From: Octopus vulgaris
Taxonomy: Eukaryota
NCBI GenBank assembly: GCA_951406725.2
Contig: OX597824.1
Span: 82,708,001 to 82,772,000, forward strand
DNA length: 64,000 nt
Direction: 5' to 3'
The first letter of the stretch is position 1. Each line of letters begins with the position of its first letter. The position numbers and the translations under genes were made by a program. Below the pieces are notes generated by a model that did no database searches, had not been told where the DNA came from, and saw only the letters and a program-made list of their open reading frames with translations. Positions 12,160 through 27,324 of the stretch are shown in pieces.

Positions 12160-12408
12160 TCCTTAAACAACCCTTATTCAGGGACTTTTTGAGTGGGATG
12201 GGTTACTCGTCCAGAAGAACATTCTAACTGGGCCCCCACCTGCAAAGTCATGTGCTGTTTATCTTGATATGAGATCACCATGTCGCGCACATATGGTTGT
12301 GATGCATGTACCTGGTGTACCCTTTTCAGATGGATAGTCATGATGGGTATACTGGGCTTCATATATTTTACCCGTGTCACTTTGATGGCATGCACTGCTC
12401 TCTCGCTC

Positions 12409-12410
<2 letters not shown>
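12160..12410. mobile_element. Interspersed repeat embedded in (AAT)n; longer copy at 23445-23860
   Basis: CAACCCTTATTCAGG...GAGATCACCATGTC...GGCATGCACTGCTCTCTC is present twice in the window, each time flanked by AAT-rich tracts; class unassigned. Confidence 0.75.
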
Positions 12411-12469
<59 letters not shown>

Positions 12470-12819
12470 GTTCCTAGCAAAAGCACAGGGTCAGAAATTT
12501 TGGTGGTTTGAGTGGCTTAGTTGAATAATTACCCAAGTACCTGACAGATACTTTGTTTTGATAACCCCAGAAGGATGAACTGTGAATTGTGACCTTGGTG
12601 GAATTTGAACTCACAAATACTAAGATGACAAAACAAATACTGCAAAGCAGTGGGGTTTTTTTTGTTTTTGTTTTTTCAATACTCAGAAATGCTCTAATTT
12701 ACAAATTTAATAGGTAACTATTTGTAGCATCTCAAAAGTTCAGTTCTTTGTCAAACTGCTCTGCTGCTGCCCCTCCTCCTCCTACTACTACTACAACCAC
12801 CACTAAACCTAGATTCTTA

Positions 12820-13040
12820 TTTCTTTACTGCCCACAAGGGGCTAAACATAAAGGGGACAAACAAGGACAGACAAAGGGATTAAGTCAATTACATCAACCC
12901 CAGTGCGTAACTGGTACTTAACTTATTGACCCTGAAAGGATGAAAGGCAAAGTCGACCTCGAAGGAATTTGAACCCAAAACATTTAATGGGTAATTATTT
13001 CGCCTGGCGCACTAACGATTCTGCCAGCTCGCCACCTCAA
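12820..13040 (-). mobile_element. SINE family A copy with target-site duplication
   Basis: Family A unit flanked by AACCTAGATTCT on both sides (~12806 and ~13046). Confidence 0.85.
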
Positions 13041-13111
13041 TTCTTAACCTAGATTCTGTGTTATGTTTTTCAATACACATACACACACAGTGTTTATGTA
13101 TGCAAGTGCTA

Positions 13112-13145
<34 letters not shown>

Positions 13146-14026
13146 GAACAGGGGTCGTATTCATAGTATGATGATGATGATTATGGTGATGGCAAAGATT
13201 ATATCAATGATGTTTATGATGTTGGCAGTGATGACCTTGAAGGCTGTTTGCAATGACGATATTGGAGAAGAATATGGTTATGATAATGATGATGATGATG
13301 AGGAGGAGGAAGAGGATCTTGATGTGGCTTGTGATGTTGGTGGTGGTGATGGTAGTGGCGATGATGTTGATGCTTATGACGATGTTGATGCTTATGATGA
13401 TGGTCAACGATGGTGACGACTGATCTTGGAATTGGCAACCAGAAACGGATATTTGTAATTGTAGTAACAATCAAACACATATTGCTCCAGCGTGGCCTTA
13501 GCTGAAATTTCCTAAAATAAACTAAATAATTAAAATAAAATAAAAATAAAAAAAAACATTAAAACAAGGACAAGGACACAAGTTTATAGGGAGAGAGTGT
13601 AGGGTCGTTTAAATCGAAATAACCCTCAGTATATAACTGGTAGTTGTTTTACTATAACCTCAAGAGGAGCAAAAGATTTTGTCAAATCCACACAGGATTT
13701 GAACTCAGAATGTAAAAGCTTGTCTCTAAAGACAACAGCAATGTCCTTTGTCTCCAATTTTTTTATTAATTTTACAATCCACCATGTTACTAATAAACTT
13801 AGTATAAAAGAGATACTATGACAATTGTAATTTTCAATATCACCTTCAGCAGGATTTGAACTGAAAACACAAAGCAACAGAACTTGGGGCTAAGTAAGAA
13901 ATCAATTTAAATTAATTAATGAAATTCTTGGCAATGGCCTCTCATTCCAGTCATTTTTTTTTCTTTAGGCTTCTCTTATTTTTTAATTAACGACAAAGCT
14001 ATAATTTACATGATGTAATCAACATG

Positions 14027-14040
14027 GTTGCTATGGTTAC
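14027..14040. promoter_or_regulatory. Consensus-like RFX X-box
   Basis: GTTGCTATGGTTAC, an isolated motif. Confidence 0.3.
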
Positions 14041-14157
14041 ATTTACTCTACTCCTTAATACCTAACTCTTTTGTCTCTTTCCTTCTTCCTTTCAAATCTT
14101 TCAAAACTGATGAAATATATATATATATATGTATATATATATATTTACAATAATATA

Positions 14158-14201
<44 letters not shown>

Positions 14202-14275
14202 CAATAATATAATTATATATATATTTTCATACATATATAATATATGTTGATTGAATCCTCGCCTAATGACAATAT

Positions 14276-14370
14276 ATCCTTGGTCTGAAGAGTAGCTCGT
14301 GGTATACTCCTTGCTTGGATAATTACTGCATCCAAGGTTCCACCAGCCACAAAACATATGTAGCCTGGAT
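14276..14370 (+). ncRNA. Type I hammerhead motif with a single core change (GAAA to AAAA)
   Basis: Stem I ATCC-TT-GGT/GCC-T-GGAT; CTGAAGA 14285-14291; stem II GTAGCT/AGCCAC with inner CTTGGAT/ATCCAAG; AAAA 14351-14354; palindromic stem III ACATATGT then A (GUA). Lies next to (TA)n. Confidence 0.65.
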
Positions 14371-14413
14371 TTTATCTGCTACATTCCCTAATTTTGGATA
14401 TGTGTGTGTGTAT

Positions 14414-14444
<31 letters not shown>

Positions 14445-14521
14445 GTTTGTATGTATGTATGTATGTATGTATGTTTGTATGTTTGTATGTATGCATGTTA
14501 GTAAGTATATATGCTTATTAA

Positions 14522-14890
14522 CATGGCCCAGTGGTTAGGGCAGCAGACTCGAGGTCTTAGGATCACGGTTTCGATTCCCAGACTAGGCATTGTGAGTGTT
14601 TAGTGAGCGAAAGCACCTAAAAGCTCCACGAGGCTCCAGCAGGAGGTGTTGGCGAACCCTGCTGTACTCTTTCGCCACAACTGTCTCCTACTCTTTCTTC
14701 TTGTTTCTGTTGTACCTGTATTTCAAAGGGCCAGCCTTGTCACACCCTGTGTCACACTGATCTCCCCGAGAACTACACTAAAGGTACACGTGTCTGTGGA
14801 GTGCTCAGCCACTTGCACGTTCATTCCACGAGCAGTCTGTTCTGTTCATCAGATCAACTGGAACCCTCATCGTCATAACCGATGGAGTGC
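14522..14890 (+). mobile_element. tRNA-derived SINE (third family)
   Basis: A-box TGGCCCAGTGG and B-box-like GTTTCGATTCC in a tRNA-like head followed by a ~300-bp body. Confidence 0.7.
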
Positions 14891-15801
14891 CATCTTAGTC
14901 AGTTTTGTGCTTCAGTAAACTATTTCAAACAAAGCATTCAATATTATTATCCTTTAAAGTTATGTCTACCCTGATCCAGTAGAACTTAGGTAAACTATTT
15001 CAGCCTTAAATGACAAGAATTTTTGTTCCACACACTGTGTACCAAAGACTACATTCTCCAAAGTGTCACTGTTTTCTTAATGCAATAAGAGGGAGATTTG
15101 GCTTCCAATTCAATGAGGTCAAGTAATCAAATAGTGGCTTCATTTTGTTCTTTAAAACCCAGGTCATCTCAGATCATCTGAGCAGAAATCCGATCAGCGA
15201 ATCTGCAGTAATGACCATGTTACCAGAGACTACAATCTCCAAAATTGTAAAAGGCAAAAGAGAGTATCTGAAAAAGTGATTTAGCTGCTATTTCTAACAG
15301 GTTGAGTGACCTGCTCATCAACCATTCAATTTTGATTCCAACAGTATAATTACTTAGTGTAGCTGTCTATCTGTCTGTCTGTCTATCTATCTGTCTATAT
15401 ATCTATCTATCTATCTATCTGTCTGTCTATATATCTATCTATCTATCTATCTATCTATCTGTCTATATATCTATCTATATGTCTATATATCTATCTATCT
15501 ATCTATACATACATACATACATATCTATTATATAAAATCCATTCTGTCTGTCTGTCTGTTTGTCTTCTAGTATATATATATATATATATGTTTTTATGCA
15601 TATATATATATATATTTCTTTCTCAGGGGATGAATAGGTAAATTACATTGAGTCCCAGTATTCAACCGGTACTTATTTTATCATTCCCCAGGGAGGATGG
15701 AAGTCTAAGTTGACCTCGGTGGAGTTTAAATTCAGAATGCCCCAAACCATTTTTGCCTGGTATGATGGTATGCTTACAATTCTGCCAGCTAACCTACTTA
15801 A

Positions 15802-16206
15802 CCCTTTTCATTACCAACTTGGCTGAAACAGGCTCTGGTTCTGTAACACAAATGTCTTGTTTTCAGAAGTTTTGAATTAAAATCTTCCACCAAACCTCAG
15901 TCACAATTTATGTTCCTAACACCAGCTGAATGATAACCAAGTTATTTTACTAAATTCTTTGTTATATTTAAAATAATTGAAAGAAACACAGAGCATCTCA
16001 CATTGCTGAAACCAGCTCTGGCTCTGTAGCACAAATGTCTTCTTATCGTAAGTTTTGAATAAAATCTTCCACCAAACCTTAGTCACAATTTATGTTCCTA
16101 ACACCAGCTGAATGATAACCAAGTTATTTTACTAAATTCTTTGTTATATTTAAAATTAATTGAAAGAAACACAGAGCATCTCAAAATAAATACAGTAAGG
16201 AAAGGG
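15802..16206. mobile_element. piggyBac-type MITE with internal ~180-bp tandem duplication
   Basis: TTAA|CCCTTT ... AAAGGG|TTAA; the block GCTGAAAC...ACAGAGCATCTCA occurs twice. Confidence 0.8.
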
Positions 16207-16978
16207 TTAATATCACTGGATATATTCAGCAGGCATTTCGAACATAGAATTCCAAGCAAAGTAATATTAGTATTTATATCTGAGACATGAAATGATGATG
16301 GGAGCTCATGAACAAAAATGAAAAAACAAAACAGGAAAAAAAAAAAAAACACACAGATAAACAAACGAAAAATAAATATGAAATTCAATGGAATTGAAAG
16401 CTTTTATTGCAAATTAACAATTTTTGTTAACTAAAATAGAGAAAACAAAAAAAAAAATTTTAATGATAATAATATTAATAATAATATGAAACAAATGAAA
16501 AAAAAGTATTGTCTTAGATGTGGATTATATTAAATGAGTATTATCACAAAGATATATATTTACATATACGTGAATGTGTGAATACATATATACACATATA
16601 TATATATATATATAGATATATACATATATATATATACATATTTATACATAAAAACATGTATATAATATATATACATATACACATATGTATATATACATAT
16701 ATATACACATATGTGTATATACACATATATATATATATATATACGTACATATATACATACATATATATATATACATATATATACATACATATATATACAT
16801 ATATATACACACACACACATACCTTACGTATAGATATATACATATATGAATATATTTATATATGTACACACACATATATCCAAATATATATTTATATACA
16901 TATATACAAATATATATTTCTGTATACACACATATATATATACAAATATATATTTCTATATACATATATATATACATT

Positions 16979-17080
<102 letters not shown>

Positions 17081-17388
17081 TATATAGAATGAGGGAGAGT
17101 AAGAGGGAGAGAAAGAGAGAGCATAGGGGAGAAAGACAAAGAAAGAGAGGGAGAGAAACAAACATGTGTTTACATGATGATTTAAAGGAAAAAGCACCTC
17201 AAAATTTTACAATGATGATAATAGTTATGGCGGCGGTGGTGATGGTAGATACTGAAAGTGGCATGGCGATGCTGGTGGTAGTGGTGATGGTGGTGGTATT
17301 GGTGGTGGCGGTGGTAGTGATAATGATAGGCGAGTTGATGTGAAGTTGATGGTTGATACATATATGTGTGTGTGTGTGTATATATTAT

Positions 17389-17510
<122 letters not shown>

Positions 17511-18204
17511 GATAAATAGAAAGCTAGACAGATGGATATATTAAGAGATCAGTAGATAAACAGACATAGGTATACATGCATACATACATTCATAGCTATT
17601 TTTTGAAATATGTAGTTTATAGACATATATATATATAAATATATATATATATATTTATATATATATACACACACACACACATATATCTATATATACATAT
17701 ACATACATATATATACATATATACACACACACACACATACACACACACATACACACACACACACATATATATATATATACATATACACATATATATATAT
17801 ATATATATGTACATATATATAAACACATACACACACACACATATATATATGGGTACATATATGTAAACGTACGTTTACATACTCACAATTAGACATGAAT
17901 GCGTGTTTCAAATCGAACACATATACATACACATAACTATGCATATATGCACACATGAGCATACTCACACATATGCGCAAACAAACATACATACATACAC
18001 ACACACACATATATATATATACATAGACACACATATCTTTCATTTAGCAAAAGAGAAAAAAGAAAATGTACTCAATTCAGGTTATATCAAAGAAAGGACC
18101 TTGCAGTTTGAAAGCATTGTGCTTAACCATTTGGCCATGTCGTTCCTACATGAGGTATGTATCCATGTGTGAATGTATGTATCTATGTGTGTGCGTTTTT
18201 TTTG

Positions 18205-18250
<46 letters not shown>

Positions 18251-19002
18251 CATAAAAATATATACATTTATATGGATATATGTATACATAGACATATATA
18301 TATATGTACATATATATACACACTACATAAATATTTGTGTGTGTGAGTGTGTGCATGTTGTGTGTGTGTGTGTGTGTGTATATATGTATATAATACATGA
18401 TAGACAATGTTTAGGTGTTGATGATAATGGTGATTGTGATGACGATGATAATGATGCTGAAGTTGAAGTTGAGGATGAAGATGATGATGCTGATGATCAT
18501 GAGGATGATGATGATGATGATGGTGATCATGATGACAAGGATGTCGGTAATGATGGTAACTGAACACAATGATGATGATGATGATAATGATGATGATGAT
18601 GACGACGATGATGATGATGATGATGATGACATCCATAATGATGACTGACCATTACATCAATGTTTATGAAAATCAATGATTAACAGAAATGTTTCAGAAA
18701 CAAACAAAAATGAAACAAAATTCAATAAAACAGGGAAATAAAAACAAAAAACCAATAATAAGCAAAAAATGTAAGCAAAAAGTGAACGTTAATAGACTTT
18801 TAGTTAGGGTCAAATTAATTTGTGTAATTATAATTAGATTATATATATATTAGTATATATCAATATATACATAGAAATATTAATTTCTCCTATCTTACTT
18901 TTTATTTATTTATCACATGGTGTATATAAACGTAGAATTATGAGGCATGAAATATGCTAGTGTGTATATATATATATATCATACATACATATAATATATA
19001 CA

Positions 19003-19070
<68 letters not shown>

Positions 19071-19087
19071 TATATACACACATATAC

Positions 19088-19146
<59 letters not shown>

Positions 19147-19582
19147 CATGTATATATAATATAAGACAAGATTGAAAGTGACTTTAAAGTTTTGGCTTAC
19201 AGGCTGTTAACAGTCTGTTTAGTAAGACATCACTTCAGTATCACTCTCAGTATTTTCCCCATAAAAGAATTAATAAATATGTACTCTACAAATAATATTG
19301 AGAGAATCTTCAGTTTAATTTTGTTTTAATATATAATTTCGCATAAAAAACAAGCATTGAATTTATATATAAGTATATATGAATACATTTATTTGCAGAT
19401 GGGCTGTCATTCATTTGTACTCTGAATAGCTTCGTTCCATTTTTCTCAGTGCTTTGAAAAACAGAAAGAAAAGTGAGTCAAGCTAGCAATGTAGGGAATG
19501 AATAAATGGTTGGGCTCTACTACATTGTATTGAGTACTTGTTACTGTTGCTTGTTAAACTCAAATGCATATGTGTGCATGCA

Positions 19583-19620
<38 letters not shown>

Positions 19621-20049
19621 TGCATATGTACATATATATGTACATACATTGTAAATTTATACATAGAACCAGGATGATATTATAGAAATATATAAAGCAG
19701 AGACAAGAGAGAGAAAGTAAAGGTGATGTTGAAACATCAGTTTGAGAGTAATATAATATATTTCTAAAGGCAGGTACCACAAAGAGGAAAGGAGGTGGAG
19801 AAATGTGTAGTAGCATATCAGTAGAGAGATCATTGGAACGGTCAGAAGTGAATGGTGAGGAAATTAAGGGGTACAATTACTGAGATCAATATATAAAGAT
19901 TGTAGAAGATAGGGGAACGTCATGGAGATCAATGATTGTTGGAAGGGGTCAGAATGTTTTGATGTTTATTGTAAATGAGGTAGAGGGGTGAAGAAAGTTT
20001 TTACCTCTCAGGTGAGGGTTGACAGCCATGGCTCTAAAAACACCTGTTT

Positions 20050-21265
20050 AGCAATCTGTGAAAATGTGTTTGCTACACTGCAGAGATGTGTTTAGATGTA
20101 GTGGTGTTTAGAGATCTATGGAAACATTAGTAAATCTGTAGAGACATATTTAGAGATCTATAGAAATATAGTTAAAAATATGTTGATGTAAGGTTAGAGA
20201 TCTGTAACAATGTGTTTTGAGATCTACTTAGGAAGTCTGTAGAGTTGGGTTTAGAGATCTATAGCAATGTATCTAGAGATCTGTAGAAAAGTGTTTAGAG
20301 ATCTGTAGAGATGTGTTTAGGGATGTATAGAAGCATCTAGAAACCTCAAATGATGTGTTTAGGGATGTATAGAAGCATCTAGAAACCTCAAATGATGTGT
20401 TTAGGGATGTATAGAAGCATCTAGAAACCTCAAACGATGTGTTTAGAGATCTGTAGTGTTTAGAAATTCATAGAAATATATTTAGAAATCAGTAGAAATA
20501 TGCTTAGAGATCTTAGAAATTTCACTGAAATGTGTTTAGGGATCTGTAGAAATGTACATAGAGATCTGTAGTGTTTAGATATATATGAGTTTAGTTATCT
20601 ATGTGTTTAGAGATCTACAGAAATATATAGAAATCTGTAAAGATGTGTTTAAAGGTCTAAGGACATTTGCAGAGATCAATAGAGAAATGTTTAGGAGTCT
20701 TAGAGATCTATTTAAATGTCTGTAGAGATGTGTTTAGAGATCTGTAGTGTTTAGATATCTATGTGTTTAGAGATCTACAGAAATATATAGAAATCTGTAA
20801 AGATGTGTTTAAAGGTCTAAGGACATTTGTAGAGAGATCAATAGAGAAATGTTTAGGAGTCTTAGAGGTCTATTTAAATGTCTGTAGAGATGTGTTTAGA
20901 GATCTATAAAATATACATTTTCTTAGAGATCTTTAAGTATGTGTTTAGGTATCTGAATATCTGTAGGAATATGTTTAGAGCTTCACTGAGATGTGTTAAG
21001 AGGCCAGTCAGGCTGTCTTGAGAAAGCTATGGAAAGATATGGAGAGATTTGTAATAATATGTTGAAAGGTCAGATGAGATGTGTTTAGAGAGCTGTACAA
21101 ATGTGTTTAGAAGCTTGTTGAGGTGTGGTAAGATATCTGAAGAAACGTGTTTAGCAATCTGTAGTGGTGTGTTTAGTGGTCTACAGAGATGTATTTAGAA
21201 ATCTGTACAGAAGTCTAAAGAGACATGTGGAAATGTGTTTAGAGGTATGTACAGAAGTGTTTAGA
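20050..21265. repeat. Degenerate ~22-bp minisatellite (GTGTTTAGAGATCTGTAGARAT) with higher-order duplications
   Basis: Recurrent GTTTAGAGATCT; a 42-bp unit x3 at ~20310-20440 and a ~170-bp unit x2 at ~20560-20905. Confidence 0.85.
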
Positions 21266-21994
21266 GAGAGTGAGAGAGAGAAGAGTGAGAGGGCAGAGAG
21301 AGAGAAGAGATGAGAGATCAAATTGACAGTAAGGAGATCAATGGAAAAAAAAAATTGTTTATTTACATTTTATTTACAGCTCTGTACAGACATATTTAGC
21401 AACTGCAGTGCCAGAGTAGTGGTGGCAGTGATGGTGGTGGTGGTGGTGGCGGTGGTAGTGGTGGCGGTGGTGGTGATGGTAGTGGTTGTGGTGGTGGTGG
21501 TAATGGTGTCAATGGGGGATGATGGTGGTTGACGGCGAGGTGCAGGTGATGAAAGTGATAGTAGTAGTAATGGTGGTGGTGGTGAGGGTGGCGGCGGCGG
21601 CGGTGGTGGTGTTGGTGGTGGTGGTGACGGTGCTGTTGCTGCTGCGGATGGTGCTGGTTGTTCTTATGGTTGCGGTTACAATGTGCATGAATGTGATAGG
21701 CAGATAACAACAGTAGTAGAGGTGATAGGTGATGGCGGCAGCGGCGGTGGTGGTGTTGGTGGTGGTGGTGGAGGTCATAGTTATGACGGTGACGGTAGGA
21801 CGTGGTGGTCATGGTGGTACTGGTGGTAGTATTGGCGGTGGTGGCGGTGGTGGCGGTGGTGGTGGTGGTGGTAGTAGTGCTGGTGATGCTGGTAATGACA
21901 GAAGCCAAGTCTATTCGGCACATACCAGTGTGCAGTCGGTGGTGGCGGTGGGGGTGCGGGTATAGACGAGATCCCAACAAGAAACATCATAGTA

Positions 21995-22027
<33 letters not shown>

Positions 22028-22225
22028 CTGACGATGATGACGATGACAAATGACAATGAAGGTGACGACAATGACAATGAAAACGATGACGATGACAATA
22101 ATGGTGACAACGATGAACAATTTGGCAATGTGATGCTGCGTTGGCTATTCAAAGATGGTAGTAATTATTTTCAAAGAAAACAGTCTAGTTACACAAAAGA
22201 CACAACAACAACAACAACAACAATT

Positions 22226-22269
<44 letters not shown>

Positions 22270-22486
22270 CCTTTCTGCTATAGGCCCAAGGCCTGAAATT
22301 TGGGGGGGAAGGGGGTTAGTCGATTACATCAACCCCAGTACTCAACTGGTACTTATTTCATTGACCCCGAAAGGACGAAAGGCAAAGTTGACCTCGGCGG
22401 AATTTGAACTCGGAACATAGCAGCAAACGAGATACCGCGAAGCATTTCGCCCGGCATGCTAACGATTCTACCAGCTCACCACCTCA

Positions 22487-22545
<59 letters not shown>

Positions 22546-24096
22546 CATTTCTACTAAAGGCACAAGGCCTGAAATTTTGGAAGAGGGGACTAATCGATTT
22601 CCTCAACCCCAGCGTTTCACTGGTACTTATTTTATCGACCCCGAAAGGATGAAAGGCAAAGTCGACCTCAGCGGCATTTGAACTCAGAACAATAATAATA
22701 ATGATAATAATAATAATAATAATAATAGTAATAACAATAATTATACTAATTATTTCTATTATTGGCACAGGTTAACAGATATTGAGGGAGGAAGATTATA
22801 TAAATCAAGTATTGATTCTAATACTTGATTTATATTTTAACTGACCCAGGTGGAATACAAGGCAAAAAGGATTCTGGGTGGAACTGAACTCAGAAGGTAA
22901 AATTTACACGAATAAATACAGCAAAGCAATTTGCATGCCACTCTTCCGATTCCAACCAAACTTTATAATAATAATATTTATTTCCAACATAGGAACAAGG
23001 CGTATAATGTAGGGGTGTAGTCTTAGTAAACAATTGGTTCCTTATTTTATTAACTTCCCCATCCCCCAAGGATGAAAAGAAAAGTTGATCTTGGTGGGAT
23101 TTGAACTCAGAACATAAAGATCCCTAACTAAATACCATAAAGCATCTTGCCTGTTGCTCTAAAGATTCTGCCAATGCCCCCCCCCATAAAATACTTATAA
23201 TAATGGTTTCAAAATTTTGGCACCAGGCCAGTAATTTTGAGAGAGTTGGTAAGTCTATCATATCAACCCCAGTACTGAAATGGCAGTTGTGACCCAGAAT
23301 GATAAAAGGCAAACTCACTCAACCTTGGCAGAATTTGAACTCATAATGTAAAGACAGACAAAATGCTGCTAAGCATCTTGGCCAGCATGCTAATGATTCT
23401 GCCAGCTCGTTGTCTTAATACTAATAATAATAATAATAATAATATGTCAGTTGCTTGACTTTAACCAGTTAAGCATATCCTTTAGGGGCTGACATTCTGT
23501 GCATCTTTGATCACGAGCAGAAGTAGTGGGGGAGCATCATGCCCCTGTGTTGAGAGGAATTCTTTGGGGTTTAAATAATTCATCACTGGAAACATGGGTG
23601 TTTCATTCAACATCTTTAAACAACCCTTATTCAGGAACCTTTTGAGTGGAATGGGCCTCTCAACCTGCAGAAAATTCTAACTGGGTCCCACCTTGCAAGG
23701 TCATGTGCTGTTTATCTTGATATGAGATCACCATGTCACGCACATATCGTTGTGATGCATGTGCATAATGTACCCTTATCAGACGGGTAGTCATGATGGG
23801 TATACTGGGCTTCGTATAGTTTACCTCAGTATCACTTTGATGGCATGCACTGCTCTCTCATGCAATATTAATAATAAAATTAATAACTTTCTACTATAAG
23901 TATAAGGCCTGAAATTTGGGAGAAGGGAATATTCAATTATATTGACCCCAGTGTTTTATAGGTACCGAATTTATCGACCCTGAAAGGGTGAAAGGTAAAG
24001 TTGACCTTGGTGGAATCTGAATTCAGAATGTAGCAATGGATGAAATACCGCTAAGCATTTTGCCCGGCATGCTAACGATTCTGCCAGCTCGCCGTC

Positions 24097-24128
<32 letters not shown>

Positions 24129-24345
24129 GATATTAATATTCCTTTCAGCTATAGGCATAAGGTCTGAAATTTTGGGGGAAGGGGCCAGTAGATTAGATCA
24201 ACCCCAGTACTCAACTGGTACTTAATTCATCAATGGAGGAAAGGAAAAGTCGGCCTCGGCAAAATTTGAACTCAGAACACAGCGAGAGGCAAAATACCGC
24301 TAAGCATTTCGTCCAGCGTGCTAACAGTTCTGCCAGCTCGCTGTC

Positions 24346-24397
<52 letters not shown>

Positions 24398-24510
24398 CAA
24401 TAATAATGATAATCCTTTTCTACTATAGGCACAAGGCCTGAAAATTTTGGGGAGGGGACTAGTTGATTACAACGACCCCCACAGAATTTCACTTGTACTT
24501 AATTTATAAT
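22270..24510 (-). mobile_element. Cluster of SINE family A copies of varying age
   Basis: About 7 full or partial copies of the family A unit separated by (AAT)n. Confidence 0.85.
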
Positions 24511-25300
24511 AATGATAATAATAAAGACAATAATAACAATAATAATATTCTTCAATTCTCAAATCCAGCAAAATAATTTTAATGAGATCAGGTGAAAGTT
24601 TTCCAGTAGATGAGATCAAAAGCAATGAATTTCAAATAATTTACATAGTAAGGGATGTTTATTGTGTTGAAAGGATGGTAAGTATTGTAATAAGGTGGCT
24701 AAGTTCCCAGCAGGTTCAATTTCAGCAGAAGGAATACTTTTTTCCTTTTCTTTTCTTTTTTTTTTGGGGGGGGGGGACTTTATTTATAATTCATACCTGT
24801 TATTTCCAGTCTCAAGATCCACTGCTGAACCAAGATACTTGACAGTTGGAAATTAGAAAAGGACTCAACTAGGGGGTAAAAAATGTTACCGCCAGAGATT
24901 TCTATCATTGTGAAACATGTGGTATGCCAATGGGGAAAGCCAGTCTGATGGAGGACAGATGAACTATCCCTACTTTTGGAATCACAGATAAGAAAACTAA
25001 ACTACATATGTGTGTGTATGTGCATGTGTGTATGCATATGTGTGTGTGTGTATACATATATACATCTATATATGTGTGTATATGCAGAAGAGAGAGTGAA
25101 ACAGAAAGTTAGAGGCACAGAAGGACATTGTATATATCTAATTGAATACAATGATTACACGTATATAATACCTATGGGTGTATAATTCTTAGACTGAATT
25201 AGAAAAAAGAAATACATGGAACACCATACTTTAAACTAATACATGCATTTGTGAAAAAAAATACAGCGAAAGACACATGGTGCAGGATACTTGATATTTC

Positions 25301-25338
<38 letters not shown>

Positions 25339-25408
25339 GCATGCATGCATGTCTCTAGTAAGTGTATGTGCAACATATATTCATATGTATATATATATAT
25401 ATATATAT

Positions 25409-25458
<50 letters not shown>

Positions 25459-25533
25459 GGATAGATAGATATATACATATACATAATGTACACACATATA
25501 TATATATATACATAATATACATATATATAATAC

Positions 25534-25570
<37 letters not shown>

Positions 25571-25639
25571 ATACATATATATATACATAGGTATATATAT
25601 GTATATATCTATATATATACATACATATATATATATAGC

Positions 25640-25680
<41 letters not shown>

Positions 25681-25789
25681 TTACAGAGCTACAGATACGT
25701 GTGTGTGTGTATGCAAATATGTGTATATTTCAAGTTGAATTTTGAATACATTCTTTAAATATGTGCAAATCTACTACTACTACTACTAT

Positions 25790-25833
<44 letters not shown>

Positions 25834-25946
25834 GAACTACTACAACTACTACTACTGATGATATATATATATCATATACTCACACACATACACACACATG
25901 AAGATATATTTATATATATATACATATATAAATATATATGTATATG

Positions 25947-25979
<33 letters not shown>

Positions 25980-26447
25980 ATCAACAATGTGCACCACAAT
26001 GCATTTTGGCTTTTTTGTACTTTTATTTGTTGTTTTTCTTCCTTCCATTCTTTCTTTCGTTCTTTCTTTCTTTCTTTCTTTATACATTTATTTATTTATT
26101 TATTTATTTGTAAATAACTTTGTACTGCAAGAAGAAAGAGAAGGTGGGCGTGGGATGTGATCAGAAAAAGCAAACAGGGGAAGGGGGGCAACAATGAAAA
26201 AAGAACAATAAACAACAACAACAACAACAATAACAGCAATTATAACAAAAACAGCAACAATAACAACGGCACAAGACAATTATTTGAAATGTGGAAGACA
26301 GAAAATACATAGCATGCCGAAAAAAATCATATTGAAGAATTCAAAATGAAAGACATTAATGACTATTTAACTGAACCAAATAATTTCTCTAGAAGCCGTA
26401 AAAGAATTAGGGAAACACATGAGAAATTGGCTATGATAATAATAATA

Positions 26448-26580
<133 letters not shown>

Positions 26581-26667
26581 GGGGCTGATTGCTACCTAGC
26601 TCAGATACCAGGAAACCTGATACCAGAAGGTACAAGGCCTAAAATTTGGGGACAGCTCGCCACCTTC

Positions 26668-26763
<96 letters not shown>

Positions 26764-27324
26764 ATCTTTTCTTTGTTAGTGCCAAAAGGGCAATAGATGA
26801 TGGTGCACTGCAGGGGGATTACTAAATGTGCGGGGAGGTTTATATAGAAATTGAATTTCAAATAGACACACAAGGCCATGCATTTTGGGTAGTGTATAGC
26901 TTATTATCTTATCTCTCCTCCTACATATGAGTGGTACTTTATTTTATCAATCCAGACAAATGAAAGGCAATGTGAACCACCTTGGCAGGATTAGAACTCA
27001 GAACATAGAGCGACATCAAATATTTCAACAACAAAATATTTTATTTTTCACAAATCCGATTCCACCAAGGATTTTTAACAAAGATTTTGTGCTTTTAACA
27101 AGGGCCAGGGATTTTAGTGAGAGGAAAAATAATGGATTATATCAAACCTAAGACTTTTCTTTTTTTTTAACTCCCAAAATTATGAAAATCTACATCAGTT
27201 TGAAAATAATTAAATAATGTATATTTTGTCTGATGCTCAGCCAATTTGGCAAACCAATGCCATTAGCAATAATAATGATAGTAATTAATTCTTTTATGGG
27301 CCACAAGGGCTTACATAATAATAT

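Noticed and set aside
24797-24969. Minus-strand open frame ending at a CAG/GTATGA donor (VKYLGS in another frame)
   Set aside because: The VKYLGS frame has a stop just upstream, the long frame looks random, and no convincing acceptor or partner exon was found.
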